From assembly GCF_003545715.1 (NCBI RefSeq), contig NZ_QVNU01000001.1, positions 1,231,962 through 1,295,961 of the forward strand: a DNA stretch of 64,000 bases. The letters run 5' to 3'. Under the pieces are notes generated by a model. The model saw only the letters and a list, made by a program, of their open reading frames with translations, was not told the DNA's origin and did no database searches. Made by a program: the position numbers and the translations under genes. Positions 9,819-20,190 of the stretch are shown in pieces (position 1 is the stretch's first letter; each line of letters starts with the position of its first letter). This stretch comes from Taibaiella koreensis (GTDB lineage Bacteria > Bacteroidota > Bacteroidia > Chitinophagales > Chitinophagaceae).

Positions 9819-11915
9819 TTACCGGATCAATGAAAGCGCTTCCTTTTGCGTATATATTTTGTTGTCGCTGCAAGTGTATTGAATATAGTACATGTAGGTA
9901 CCCGTAGCTGCGGGCTCTCCGTCTGTATAGCTGCCATCCCATCCCTTGGGTAAGTTGGTATTGTTATAGACCTGGTTGCCCCAGCGGTCAAAGATCCGGA
10001 ATTGGGTCAATGTTTGGCCGGGCTTTAGCTCGGGCCTGAAGTAATCATTACGGCTGTCATGGTTAGGGGAAAAGGCGTTAGGGATAAAGATAGTACAGCA
10101 GGGTTCTGTAAGTAGTATTAAGCTGTCCTTTCCCATGCAGCCGTAAGCATTCAGCGTGGTGAGCACAACCCGGGTGGTTTTTTGATCGAAAAGACCTGTG
10201 ACCCCGGACTGGTTGGCGCCGGAAAGGGCGAAGACATGTTCCGGTTCCCAATGATAGGTGTATTCCTGTCCGCCGGTTGCGGTCAGGGATACAGTATCGC
10301 CGGTGCATATGGGGCCTCGCCGCCAGCTGATAGCTGCTTCGGGATTATTGTGCAGGGTGGCGGTGACCACATCTGACGAATCGATGCATTGTTCGCTGTT
10401 CCGGGCATACAGCCAGTAGTCACCCGGAAGATCCACCATAAGCCCGGCGCCGGTAGCGGCGGGTATGGGAGCGTCGTTCCGGTACCATTGGTAATCGGTG
10501 CCAGCTACCGCGGGAACGACGCGAAGCTCACCGGATTGCCCGGGACAAAGATCGAGGCCGGAAGTGTTCAATGCAAGCTCAAATGTTTTTTGCTGTGTCC
10601 TGATCCTTACAGAATCGGTAAGCACGCAATCGTTTTGTCCGGGATTAGGCAAGGTAACAGTAAGTCGGAAGGTCGTATCGCCTGGTATGCTGAATGTGGG
10701 CGAAAGCGTATTGCCTCCTGAAACAATGAGCCCTGCCGGTGCCCAGCTATAGTTGGGCGCTGCAGCTGAAGACATATTGCTAACGATGCCCTGAAGGTTG
10801 CCCGGATAAGGGATACATCCGGTTACCATTTGATCGGGACCCGCATCGACTGCCGGTGGCGCTACGATTCTGAAGGTATCTGTAATGACGGGTGTACAGG
10901 CCGGATCGCCTGCCGATGTAATGACGATTACCGCATCCCCGCCGCCATTGGCCGTAAAAGCAGGGCCGGTACCTGATATCGTCACACTGCCGCTAAGCAC
11001 AGTATGCTGAAAAGGAGCATTGCCGCTGGAGGTAAGTAGCATACCAGCTGCCGGATCGCAACGGAACAGCAGGTGACTTTTGTGGGCATCGACACCACCG
11101 ATCCCGCTGCAGCTGGCAAAATCGCCTGTCCAGGTGGGGAACAGAGGGGAAACGATGGGGGTTACGGCTACGGTGCCGGCGCCTATATATCCCGAATAGG
11201 TCAATAGTCCGGGTACATCAAAATAAAGGCTATCGCCTACGATAGCAAATGAATTGTTGCCACCGAAGCCGGCAGGCAAGGGCAGGCCGGTAATGTCCCA
11301 CTGCTGCAGCAATGTGCCGGCCGGGCTATACTTACGTAGCCATGCATCCTGCGCCGGGTACGGCTTCAATACATAAAAATTGCCGGCGCAATCTGCGCTG
11401 ATATCTAGGGTACCGGTAACGCTTCCGTCGAGCCAATTGAGTACCGATACCACAAACACCGCGTTCCCGGTACCGTTGTACCGGTATACATCGCCGTCGT
11501 TGCTGATGCTGTAAATAAAGCCACCACCGGCCCCAAGGCCAAAACCGGGACCTGGTCCGGCCGTATGCCCCGTACCCACCCAGGCGCTGCCATCCCAATA
11601 GGATATTTCTCCATAAAGCAAGCCTGCGCCCGATGCCGTATAAAAAGTGGGAGAAGGGGCCAACGGATTATTGAGGTTGGGACTTACCGCCAAAGAGCCC
11701 GGTACAGGGATATGGATGGGGTAGGGATTTGCAGCCGATAGCGGCGCTGCAGGATTGAAGGCGAAAAGAGAGTTGCCGCTGAAAGGCTGCATTGTGGCGA
11801 TATAAAGAAGCTGGCTGTCGCAAGTGATCTGCTGACTGTGAGCCGCTTTTGCATTGCAAAGAATAACAGCAATAAAAATTGCGGGGAGATAGGATACGAG
11901 GGTTCTTTTGTTCAT
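9819..11915 (-). CDS. T9SS type-B cargo (gliding motility-associated C-terminal domain protein), large Gly-rich adhesin-like protein
   Basis: Signal peptide plus a C-terminal …IPNAFSPNHDSRNDYFRP…FRIFDRWGNQVY…GWDGSY… (CHU_C / type-B CTD). Confidence 0.82.
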   Translation of the reverse strand: MNKRTLVSYLPAIFIAVILCNAKAAHSQQITCDSQLLYIATMQPFSGNSLFAFNPAAPLSAANPYPIHIPVPGSLAVSPNLNNPLAPSPTFYTASGAGLLYGEISYWDGSAWVGTGHTAGPGPGFGLGAGGGFIYSISNDGDVYRYNGTGNAVFVVSVLNWLDGSVTGTLDISADCAGNFYVLKPYPAQDAWLRKYSPAGTLLQQWDITGLPLPAGFGGNNSFAIVGDSLYFDVPGLLTYSGYIGAGTVAVTPIVSPLFPTWTGDFASCSGIGGVDAHKSHLLFRCDPAAGMLLTSSGNAPFQHTVLSGSVTISGTGPAFTANGGGDAVIVITSAGDPACTPVITDTFRIVAPPAVDAGPDQMVTGCIPYPGNLQGIVSNMSSAAAPNYSWAPAGLIVSGGNTLSPTFSIPGDTTFRLTVTLPNPGQNDCVLTDSVRIRTQQKTFELALNTSGLDLCPGQSGELRVVPAVAGTDYQWYRNDAPIPAATGAGLMVDLPGDYWLYARNSEQCIDSSDVVTATLHNNPEAAISWRRGPICTGDTVSLTATGGQEYTYHWEPEHVFALSGANQSGVTGLFDQKTTRVVLTTLNAYGCMGKDSLILLTEPCCTIFIPNAFSPNHDSRNDYFRPELKPGQTLTQFRIFDRWGNQVYNNTNLPKGWDGSYTDGEPAATGTYMYYIQYTCSDNKIYTQKEALSLIR

Positions 11916-12123
11916 AAAAGCATATATGATTTATTAGCAGCAGGCGCATTGCGGGGCCTGTGCTTATTGAGCAAATCAGTTTATTTGCGCATCATATATG
12001 TTCCGGCGATGGTGAAGACCGGTCAACTTGGGTTCAGGGTGGTATTATTGTGTGCCTATGAGATACTGTCCGGGGAGGAATACCCTTATGCGGCGTCCGC
12101 TTTTTTTTAAGTAATCCGGAGAT

Positions 12124-12158
12124 AAAAAAACCTGTCCCGGAAACGGGACAGGTTTTTG
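12124..12158 (-). terminator. rho-independent terminator (A-tract / hairpin / T-tract, bidirectional)
   Basis: aaaaaaa-cctgtcccg-gaaa-cgggacagg-ttttt, between the two T9SS type-B genes. Confidence 0.7.
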
Positions 12159-12175
12159 AACGGCAATTATTAGTG

Positions 12176-14719
12176 CTAGCGCAACAAGGTCACATTGCCG
12201 GTAAATTGTTCGGTGCGGCCATTTTCCAGTATCACATTGATCTGGTAAAGGTAGACGCCTGACGGCTGCTCTTTATCGTTGAAGCGGCCATCCCAGCCTC
12301 TTCCGTTACGGTTGCTGGTTTCATATACGATCTGTCCCCAGCGGTTGAATACTTTCATCGTAAAGGCGCCTACGCTCCTGCTCAGCAGCTGGCGTGGGAA
12401 GAAGTAGTCGTTGACGCCATCCCCATTCGGCGTGAACGAGTTGGGCACGTCGATATAGCAATCTTTTTTAACCACAACAGCATCTGTAGCATTACAATCG
12501 TAAACGGTGGTCACTGTCAGGCTGTAGGTGCCATCGTGTGCAATGCGCAGCACGCCCGTGGTGTCGCCTGTATTCCAGCGGTAGCGGTCGCCGGTGCCTG
12601 CCGTAGCCAGGTTGCTCAGGAAGAAAGGCGCTGCATCCAGGCATAAGGTTGTGTCGGGACCGAGGTTGACGAGCGGTAGGGCATGCACATTTACCGAATC
12701 CTGGGCATCCTTTTCTTCGCATACACGATACCGCGCCTTCAGGTGGATAAAGTAAGTGCCGGGCAGCTCGTAAGCATGGCTGGCAGGGTTGATATCCGTG
12801 GCCAGGTTACCATCGCCGAACGACCAATCGAGGCCGATATTGCCCGAATGGGTATAGCTGGCCGTGATAGTAGCAGTCTGCCCGGTACAAATATCGTGGT
12901 TGTCGAGCAGCAAGCTTACTTGCGGCGTGCTATCTACCACAACGGTATGATATGCGGTATCGTAGCAAGGCAGTCTGTCGTGTATGGCCAGCATGATCCT
13001 GTAAGTGCCGGGAACGGTATAGACATGCGAAGGGTTGCTGAACGTTTCGCTGGTGCCATCGCCGAAATCCCAGAAATAGCTGGCGGGCTGCAGGCTTACG
13101 GTCGAATTGTTGGTGTAGTTGATCGAAGTACCCAGGCATAAGGTATCCCTGTCGGTGGTAAAGGCTGCTGCGAGCGGATGCCGGGTATCGACGATCTTGA
13201 TCACGCTGTCCTTACAGAGATAGTTGCTCGATATCAGCTTTACCTGATAGTTGTCTTGGCTGGTATAGATATGTTGCGGATGGGTTAAGGTATCGGTGCT
13301 GCCGTCGCCAAAGTACCAGAAGCTTTTGGTACCTCTTATCGATTGGTTGGTGAAATGTACGGTATCCTCGGTACAGCCCAGATTAATGCTGAACTGATAG
13401 TCGGGCAATATAGATTCATCAACCACTTTTATTCTTAATGAATCGGAAATGCTGCATCCGCCCTGGTCGGGGCCAGTCGTGACCGTAAGCTTGTAGATCG
13501 TATCGGCAACCGGAGCAATTACGGGGTTGGGCGTATTGGCGCCTGAGGTGATGAGGCCCGAAGGTGTCCAGCCATAAGTATAATTGACCCAGGAAGTACT
13601 GCCGCTTAGCGTACCGTGAAGTGTGCCGGTATAGCGCGCGCAACCGTATAAAGTATCATCAGGCCCTGCGTTTACTGATGGTGCGGGCACTACCATGATG
13701 GTATCGTAAGCTATCGGCGAGCAGGTCGAATTGCTGGTCGAGGTAAGTGCTATGGTAACCGGCTGATCGCAGGTCACGCCAAAGCTGGGTCCCGTACCGG
13801 TAATAGTACCTGTACCGCTGATAATGGTATGCGTAAAGGGAGCAGTGCCCGAAGCCGTGATCGATTTTGCGGTGCCGGGAATGCAATTGAACACTGTATC
13901 GTTGGTCGAGGCTGTGCCTGCGCCACCTACAGGGCAGGAGGCGAAATCGCCGGGACTGGGAAATGGTCCTGTAACCGGTGTGCAGACGACTGTGGTTGCG
14001 CCGATCACGCCTTGCTGCAGACCTGCATTGTGGTGATACATCATATTGCCTACAATAGCGAATCCACCGCCGGAACCGGTGCTGACGGCGCCGGTAACTT
14101 CCCATTCCTGCAACAGGGTGCCGGCAGGGCTGTACTTGCGCAACCAGGCCGGCGCCAGGGTACGGAGCACATAGAAATTACCCGCACAATCGGCAACAAT
14201 ATCGAAGGGTCCGCCGCCACCGCCCGCGGCAAAGCCGGGAACAACCAGCAGCATGGTAGCATTGCCGGTACCGTCGTATTTATATACGGTTCCGGTGCCC
14301 CCTTCAAGGCCGTAGACGAAATTGCCGCCTCCGCCAATATTCACTGTGCTGGCTGTATGGCCGGTGTTTATCCAACCGGTACCATTATAGTAGTAAAAAT
14401 TACCACCAGCGGTAGTATAAAAAGTGGGAGAGGGGCCGGTAGGGTCATTCAGGTTGTTGGCCACCGCCAAACCAACGGCGCCGGGCGGCATGGCGATGGT
14501 ATTGGTTGATGGATTGGTACCGGTTACCAGCGGGGCCGTAATATCCCAGTTCTCGATATTATTGGTATGTACATAAACGGTATGACCTGTGGGTGAGCAA
14601 TCCGGAAGCTGAGCCTGCAGTAATTGCGGGATAAGCAACAGAAAACACAGGGTCAATAAAGATGGAATAAGGACGCGTAAACGTAAGATCATAAATTCAG
14701 ATGTTTGGTGGATATACAA
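12176..14719 (-). CDS. T9SS type-B cargo with PKD domains (gliding motility-associated C-terminal domain protein)
   Basis: Several PKD-like repeats (WDFGDGT…SHVYTVPGTY) and a C-terminal …VPNSFTPNGDGVNDYFFP…FNRWGQIVYE…GWDG… The N-terminal ~300 aa is paralogous to the neighbouring gene. The start may be at 14692. Confidence 0.82.
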   Translation of the reverse strand: MYIHQTSEFMILRLRVLIPSLLTLCFLLLIPQLLQAQLPDCSPTGHTVYVHTNNIENWDITAPLVTGTNPSTNTIAMPPGAVGLAVANNLNDPTGPSPTFYTTAGGNFYYYNGTGWINTGHTASTVNIGGGGNFVYGLEGGTGTVYKYDGTGNATMLLVVPGFAAGGGGGPFDIVADCAGNFYVLRTLAPAWLRKYSPAGTLLQEWEVTGAVSTGSGGGFAIVGNMMYHHNAGLQQGVIGATTVVCTPVTGPFPSPGDFASCPVGGAGTASTNDTVFNCIPGTAKSITASGTAPFTHTIISGTGTITGTGPSFGVTCDQPVTIALTSTSNSTCSPIAYDTIMVVPAPSVNAGPDDTLYGCARYTGTLHGTLSGSTSWVNYTYGWTPSGLITSGANTPNPVIAPVADTIYKLTVTTGPDQGGCSISDSLRIKVVDESILPDYQFSINLGCTEDTVHFTNQSIRGTKSFWYFGDGSTDTLTHPQHIYTSQDNYQVKLISSNYLCKDSVIKIVDTRHPLAAAFTTDRDTLCLGTSINYTNNSTVSLQPASYFWDFGDGTSETFSNPSHVYTVPGTYRIMLAIHDRLPCYDTAYHTVVVDSTPQVSLLLDNHDICTGQTATITASYTHSGNIGLDWSFGDGNLATDINPASHAYELPGTYFIHLKARYRVCEEKDAQDSVNVHALPLVNLGPDTTLCLDAAPFFLSNLATAGTGDRYRWNTGDTTGVLRIAHDGTYSLTVTTVYDCNATDAVVVKKDCYIDVPNSFTPNGDGVNDYFFPRQLLSRSVGAFTMKVFNRWGQIVYETSNRNGRGWDGRFNDKEQPSGVYLYQINVILENGRTEQFTGNVTLLR

Positions 14720-14913
14720 TGCCCGGGCATGGAATGCTTACCGAACGGGCACCGGAGTCCTGTAGGAAAACCGGCATCCCGTTAGCAGACAGGATAAATA
14801 TAACAAGAAGTTTGTAATGTTTTGAAGAAAAAAAACATTAATATGTGGGTAGCCGGCAGGGGGCGGAAAGATATCGTTGAGACCAGCTCAGGTTGGTGAA
14901 TCATCACCGATAG

Positions 14914-14941
14914 AAAAACGGCTGTCCGTTTGGGACAGCCG
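14914..14941 (-). terminator. rho-independent terminator
   Basis: Stem cggctgtcc/ggacagccg with a gtttg loop. The plus-strand A5 gives a U-tract on the minus transcript, 25 bp after the MurF-Alr stop. Confidence 0.65.
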
Positions 14942-14966
14942 CCTGGAAATATAGGTTCCGGTCATT

Positions 14967-17498
14967 TTATTCGTTCACATAAATGCGATTTACCCGTTGC
15001 GAGATGCTGGTCATGATCTCGTAAGGAATAGTTTTGGCCCAGGAGGCCAGGAGGCTTATCGGCAGCTCATCTCCGAAGACGATGATCTCGTCGCCTACTT
15101 TGGCTTGCTCAATATCGGTAATGTCCAGCATACACATATCCATGCATACAGCGCCCAACACCGGCGCCTGCTTGCCATGCAGCAGCATATAGGCCTGGCC
15201 GTTGCCAAAGTCGCGGAAGTAGCCGTCGGCATAGCCGATGCTCACCGTGGCGATCCTGCTGTCCCTGGTCAGCTGTCCTTTGCGGCTGTAGCCAACCGTT
15301 TCGCCGGCCGGCAGTTCTTTGATCTGGGCGATGGTTGTTTTTAAGGTACCTATATGCCGTAGCTGGGACTGGATCTTGCCGCTGCCGTCATAGCCGTACA
15401 TGCCTACGCCCAGGCGCACCATGTCGAAGTAAAGCTCCGGATGCCTGGTAATGCCGGTGGAGTTGCAGAGGTGCAGCAAGGGCTTGCCGGGCAATGCGGC
15501 TATCAGCCGGTTACTCATTTGGGTAAAGGCTGTGGCCTGTTCCTGGGTGAAGCCATCGAAGTCGGCCGTGTCGCTGCCGGCAAGATGGCTGAAGATGCTC
15601 ACCACCTTGGTGGTGTCGTTTACCTTCAGCTCCTCAATAAGGGCATCGAGCTCATGAGGCATGAATCCCAGCCGGTGCATGCCTGTGTCGAGCTTGATGT
15701 GTACCGGATAGTGGTGTGTATTGAGTGTATGGGCGATCCCGGTAAACTGATGCAGGGACTCAATGCTGAATATCTCGGGTTCCAGCTTCCAGGAGATCAT
15801 CCGGTCAAAGGCGCCGGCTTCCGGGCTCATCACCATGATGGGGGCAGTAATCCCCGCTTTCCGCAAAGCGACGCCTTCGTCCACATAAGCTACCGTAAGA
15901 TAGTCTACGCCCGCAAACTGCAGCAGGTTGGCGATCTCGTAGCTGCCGCTGCCATAGGAATAGGCCTTCACCATAGCCATTGTTTTTACATTGGGCGGCA
16001 GCAGGCTCCGATAGATATTCAGGTTGTGCTGTATGGCCGAAAGATTGATCTCCAGTACCGTTTTGTGGATCTTTTGCTCGAGCAGCTTTTCTATTTTTTC
16101 AAACCGGAAGGCCCTTGCGCCTTTCAGCAGGATAGCCTCATTCTCGAACGTGATCATATGCAGCTTCTTCAACAGGTCTTCGGTTGACTTGAAGAAAATA
16201 CTACGCAGTTTTTTATACTTACGGAACACGGCCTTATGCTTGGTCAGTGCCGGGCCGATGCAGATGATGCGGTAGATATTCCGTTGGCTTACCAGTTCGG
16301 CCACTTCGGTATACAAGTCGCCGTCGGGTTTGCCTATCTGGAGCATGTCCGACAAGATCACTGTGCGCCGGGGATGCTGCTTTTGCTGTTCCAGGAAATC
16401 CAAAGCAATATTTAACGAGGTAAGATCCGAATTATAGGTGTCGTTAATGATCGTGCAGTTGTCCATACCATGCAGCAATTCCAGGCGCATGGCCACGGCA
16501 TGCAGCTTTTCCATCCTTTCCCTGATTGTGTCTTCGCCGATGCCCAGCAGCAGCAAAGTGCACCAGCAGTGGATGGCGTTTTCGATGGAGGCCGCATCGA
16601 TGAACGGAATGCGGATCGACATTTCCTTTTCCTTGTATATGCCTGTGATCTGGGTGCTGCCGGTTCCTTTTTCGATATGAAGGATCCGCAGGGTTGCTTC
16701 CGACTTTTGCGACCAGGTGAACAGCTGTAAGGGATCGTCGGGCGAATTGCGCACCTGGTGACAGTATTGCACAATACATTCGTTCAGCTCGTGATGGTCT
16801 TTGCAGTAGATCAGCTCCTTTGAATGCCGGAACAGGACCAGCTTTTCGTTGATCTTTTGCCTGAGGTTGAGAAAGCCTTCGCTATGCGCCTCCCCGATAT
16901 TGGTAAAGATACCGATCTCGGGATGCAATATTTTTTCAGAGTGGCTCATTTCGCCGGGCTGCGAAATACCCGCTTCGAAAATGCCCAGGGTATGGTGTTC
17001 CTGCATACGCCATACCGACAGGGGCACACCGATCTGCGAGTTATAGCTCTTGGGGCTGCGAATGATCTTATAGTTATCGGACAATAACTGGAAAAGCCAT
17101 TCTTTGACGATGGTCTTGCCATTGCTGCCGGTAATCCCGATAACGGGGAAGTGGAATTGGTTGCGGTGTGCCGCAGCCAATTGATGGAGCGCAGTAAGGG
17201 TATCCTGCACCTGAAGAAAAACGGCATCGGGGTACAGGTCTTCAGCGTCGCGGCTTACCAGGAAAGTACGTACGCCCTTTTTGTAGGCATCGGCTATGAA
17301 TCCATGTCCGTCGCGGTGCGATCCTTTGATAGCAATGAACATTGCCTTTGTGGGGTTAATGATCTTTCTGCTATCGATCAGTAGCTCATTTATGGTTCTG
17401 TCTTCTATGTCCGGTTTGACTTCTGCTTTGGTGATCTTCTGTATCTCTGCTAAGTTCATTGTTGTATTGATTCGGTTTATAGTGATAGGGGTATTCAA
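14967..17498 (-). CDS. murF-alr: bifunctional UDP-N-acetylmuramoyl-tripeptide--D-alanyl-D-alanine ligase (MurF) / alanine racemase (Alr) fusion
   Basis: The N-terminal ~470 aa has Mur ligase motifs (GITGSNGKT, …EAG…). The C-terminal ~370 aa has the alanine racemase PLP motif (…VKAYSYGSG…) and TIM-barrel region. Confidence 0.88.
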   Translation of the reverse strand: MNTPITINRINTTMNLAEIQKITKAEVKPDIEDRTINELLIDSRKIINPTKAMFIAIKGSHRDGHGFIADAYKKGVRTFLVSRDAEDLYPDAVFLQVQDTLTALHQLAAAHRNQFHFPVIGITGSNGKTIVKEWLFQLLSDNYKIIRSPKSYNSQIGVPLSVWRMQEHHTLGIFEAGISQPGEMSHSEKILHPEIGIFTNIGEAHSEGFLNLRQKINEKLVLFRHSKELIYCKDHHELNECIVQYCHQVRNSPDDPLQLFTWSQKSEATLRILHIEKGTGSTQITGIYKEKEMSIRIPFIDAASIENAIHCWCTLLLLGIGEDTIRERMEKLHAVAMRLELLHGMDNCTIINDTYNSDLTSLNIALDFLEQQKQHPRRTVILSDMLQIGKPDGDLYTEVAELVSQRNIYRIICIGPALTKHKAVFRKYKKLRSIFFKSTEDLLKKLHMITFENEAILLKGARAFRFEKIEKLLEQKIHKTVLEINLSAIQHNLNIYRSLLPPNVKTMAMVKAYSYGSGSYEIANLLQFAGVDYLTVAYVDEGVALRKAGITAPIMVMSPEAGAFDRMISWKLEPEIFSIESLHQFTGIAHTLNTHHYPVHIKLDTGMHRLGFMPHELDALIEELKVNDTTKVVSIFSHLAGSDTADFDGFTQEQATAFTQMSNRLIAALPGKPLLHLCNSTGITRHPELYFDMVRLGVGMYGYDGSGKIQSQLRHIGTLKTTIAQIKELPAGETVGYSRKGQLTRDSRIATVSIGYADGYFRDFGNGQAYMLLHGKQAPVLGAVCMDMCMLDITDIEQAKVGDEIIVFGDELPISLLASWAKTIPYEIMTSISQRVNRIYVNE

Positions 17499-17561
17499 AC
17501 AGGTATGGCTTATAAAAACAATAGCTGAAGATGGGTAGATCTGCAGCTATTGTCTATGGGG

Positions 17562-18731
17562 TCAATAAGTAAAGGTGCCAAATTCGCTTTCTATCAGCAA
17601 CCCGTTCTTTTCTGCTGCTTCCACATAGCCGCTGATCTGCGCTGCTATGTCAAACGTGGCTGCCAGCGCTACCAGCTCTTTTGCCGTGTCGGGATCGGTG
17701 AATATCTCCAGCCGTTGGCCCATATTGAACACCTGGTACATCTCTCTCCAGTCGGTGCCCGCGGCTTCCTGTATCATCCGGAATACGGGCGGTGCGGGTA
17801 GCAGGTTGTTCTTAACCACCTTCAGCCCCTGTGGCAGATAGTGCAGACACTTGGTCTGTCCGCCGCCGCTGCAATGGATAATACCATGCACCTGGTCAAA
17901 ATGATGTTCCAGCACCTTCAGTACCAGCGGGGCATAGGTGCGGGTAGGGGACAGGATCAGCTTGCCTGCGTCCAGGGGCGTGTCTGTGGTGTCGGTTACT
18001 TTATAATTGCCGTTGTACACCACTTCTTTGGGCAGTGCAGGGTCAACGCTTTCGGGATAGCGTGCTGCATAGTCGTGATGTAGCAGCTCGTGGCGTGCGC
18101 TGGTAAGCCCGTTGCTGCCGATACCACTGTTGTATTCTGTTTCGTATACCGCCTGTCCGTACGAAGCAAAAGAAACGATCACATCGCCGGGACGGATATT
18201 GTCGGTAGTGACGATCTTTTTCCGGGGCATCCTTGCGGCCATGGTGCCGTCCACGATCACGGTACGCACCACATCGCCTACATCGGCTGTTTCGCCGCCC
18301 ATGAAGTTTACTTCGATGCCATAGGTTTTCAAGGTGTCGAAAAATTCCTGAGACCCGTTAATGATGGCGCCGATCACTTCTCCGGGGATCAGGTGCTTGT
18401 TGCGGCCTATCGTTGAGGAGTAGGTGAAAGGGCCCGTGGCGCCCACGCAAAGCATATCGTCAATATTCATCACAATGGAATCGATCGCGATACCCTTCCA
18501 TACGCTCATATCGCCTGTTTCTTTCCAGTACAGATACGCCAGTATGGACTTGGTACCTGCACCATCGGCATGCATGATGTTGCAATAGTCATTGTCATTG
18601 CCCCAATAGTCAGGATAAATTTTGCAAAAGGCTTTTGGAAACAGTCCTTTGTCTAACTTTGCCACCGCCTGATGTACTTCTTCTTTTTGGGCAGATACCC
18701 CGCGTAGGGCGTAACGGTCTTGAGGATTCAT
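17562..18731 (-). CDS. AIR synthase-related (PurM-like) family protein
   Basis: PurM-like N- and C-domains (…MHADGAGTKS…, …DVIVSFASYG…). It resembles the Bacteroidetes 'AIR synthase related protein' family. Confidence 0.8.
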   Translation of the reverse strand: MNPQDRYALRGVSAQKEEVHQAVAKLDKGLFPKAFCKIYPDYWGNDNDYCNIMHADGAGTKSILAYLYWKETGDMSVWKGIAIDSIVMNIDDMLCVGATGPFTYSSTIGRNKHLIPGEVIGAIINGSQEFFDTLKTYGIEVNFMGGETADVGDVVRTVIVDGTMAARMPRKKIVTTDNIRPGDVIVSFASYGQAVYETEYNSGIGSNGLTSARHELLHHDYAARYPESVDPALPKEVVYNGNYKVTDTTDTPLDAGKLILSPTRTYAPLVLKVLEHHFDQVHGIIHCSGGGQTKCLHYLPQGLKVVKNNLLPAPPVFRMIQEAAGTDWREMYQVFNMGQRLEIFTDPDTAKELVALAATFDIAAQISGYVEAAEKNGLLIESEFGTFTY

Positions 18732-18887
18732 GCAGAAAATATATTGGAGGGCAAAGGTACTATATAGTTATGAAAATCGGGGTCGTTTCAGTAGTGCGCA
18801 GCCCATGCGATAGAAGAAAATGATGATCCCATTTCATAACAGTTCCGGTAATGCAGCAAAGGTATATTGCAGGTTAAAGTTTAATAT

Positions 18888-19610
18888 ATGACACAAATTT
18901 TTCCCCTTTCTGAAGGGACGTTCACGATCGGACATGACAAGATATTCCAGCCATTCAACGAAAATAGCGATGAGCTGAACGACCGGCCCGTAGGGTCGTT
19001 GCTGGTTGAAGTGCAGCCTTTTGCCGTTGTTAACGACAGGGACGTGATCCTGCTCGATACCGGGCTGGGCTTCAACAATCCCGATGGACAGGCGCATTTG
19101 CCCGGCAACCTGGCGCAGCATCATATTCATCCCGATGACGTGACTAAGGTATTGTTGTCGCATCTGCATAAAGATCATGCAGGCGGGCTCGACCTGGGCC
19201 TTTTTCCCAATGCTACCTTTTATGTGTACCGGGAAGAAATGGCTTATGCCCGTCAGGTGGGTTTCCCTTCGTATTATGTCGACGACCTGTTGCCACTGCT
19301 CGACAGCGACCGCGTACAATGGCTTGAAGGCGAAAGCGGCCTCATCGACGGCTATATCGAATACATTCATACCGACGGACATTGTCCGCAGCATATTGTA
19401 TTCAAAATACCTTCTGAAGAAGGGATCATTTTTTATGGTGGCGACGAAGCACCGCAATACAAGCAGATGAAAATGAAATATGTGGCCAAATACGATTATG
19501 ATGGGAAAAAGGCCATGCATTTGCGCGAGCAATGGGCCGAACAAGGTGCTGCAGAAGGATGGCGCTTCCTTTTCTATCACGATGTAACAACACCTGTAGC
19601 CCGATTGTAA
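18888..19610 (+). CDS. MBL-fold metallo-hydrolase
   Basis: HLHKDHAGG (HxHxDH) motif plus downstream His/Asp ligands. The 267 aa antisense ORF at 18834..19637 is rejected. Confidence 0.82.
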   Translation: MTQIFPLSEGTFTIGHDKIFQPFNENSDELNDRPVGSLLVEVQPFAVVNDRDVILLDTGLGFNNPDGQAHLPGNLAQHHIHPDDVTKVLLSHLHKDHAGGLDLGLFPNATFYVYREEMAYARQVGFPSYYVDDLLPLLDSDRVQWLEGESGLIDGYIEYIHTDGHCPQHIVFKIPSEEGIIFYGGDEAPQYKQMKMKYVAKYDYDGKKAMHLREQWAEQGAAEGWRFLFYHDVTTPVARL

Positions 19611-19611
19611 T

Positions 19612-20187
19612 ATGGATGCCGATTTGCTGGGCCGCATTATAGCGAGCCTGTTTTTTACTGCTGTAGGCAGTCTTGTGCTTTTCTTTTACCTGAAAAACCT
19701 CAGCGATCTGCTGAAAATGGTAAGCGCGCCGAATCGTCGTATGCCACCGGCGCAGGTATGGCTGCTCCTGGTGGGATTACTAAATGTGGTGCTGACCATG
19801 ATACTGCCCGTGCTGCAGTACAACGGGGTATTCGCCCTGGAATGGCTTTACTGGCTTTGCGTCTATGGCATTGCGGCTTTTGTGATCCTGTGGCAGTTCC
19901 GGATGGTTTACCGCATTGCCGACTCTATCGAGGCAGAATACGATAGCCGTTCCATTCCCATTGAGCACCGGCCCACATTCCAGACGGGAATGTTTATGGC
20001 GGCTGCGAAGGCCGCGACGCTTATCGGGATCATACCCGGCGCTGCAATAATAAGCTATCTGGCCAATATGGCTTATCTCATTGGCCTGGTCGCATACTGG
20101 GTAAGGACCCATAAGTATAAAAAGGAGCTCCGGGCCCTGGGACCGTTTACCGGTGACACGGAAAGTCTTGTCTTCAGGGATTTGTAA
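19612..20187 (+). CDS. hypothetical membrane protein (4 predicted TM helices)
   Basis: Its ATG overlaps the stop codon of the preceding MBL gene (TAATATG), and the product is hydrophobic. Confidence 0.55.
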   Translation: MDADLLGRIIASLFFTAVGSLVLFFYLKNLSDLLKMVSAPNRRMPPAQVWLLLVGLLNVVLTMILPVLQYNGVFALEWLYWLCVYGIAAFVILWQFRMVYRIADSIEAEYDSRSIPIEHRPTFQTGMFMAAAKAATLIGIIPGAAIISYLANMAYLIGLVAYWVRTHKYKKELRALGPFTGDTESLVFRDL

Positions 20188-20190
20188 TGA

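Noticed and set aside
11838-12110. 90-aa plus-strand ORF between the two T9SS type-B genes
   Set aside because: It overlaps the 5' end of the 9819..11915 gene and the terminator region. It has no start context or recognisable fold, so it is likely spurious.
15441-16187. 248-aa plus-strand ORF
   Set aside because: It lies inside and antisense to the murF-alr gene. It is a typical shadow ORF of a GC-rich coding region.
18834-19637. 267-aa minus-strand ORF
   Set aside because: It is fully antisense to the MBL-fold hydrolase, which has a clear HxHxDH motif. There is no domain signal.
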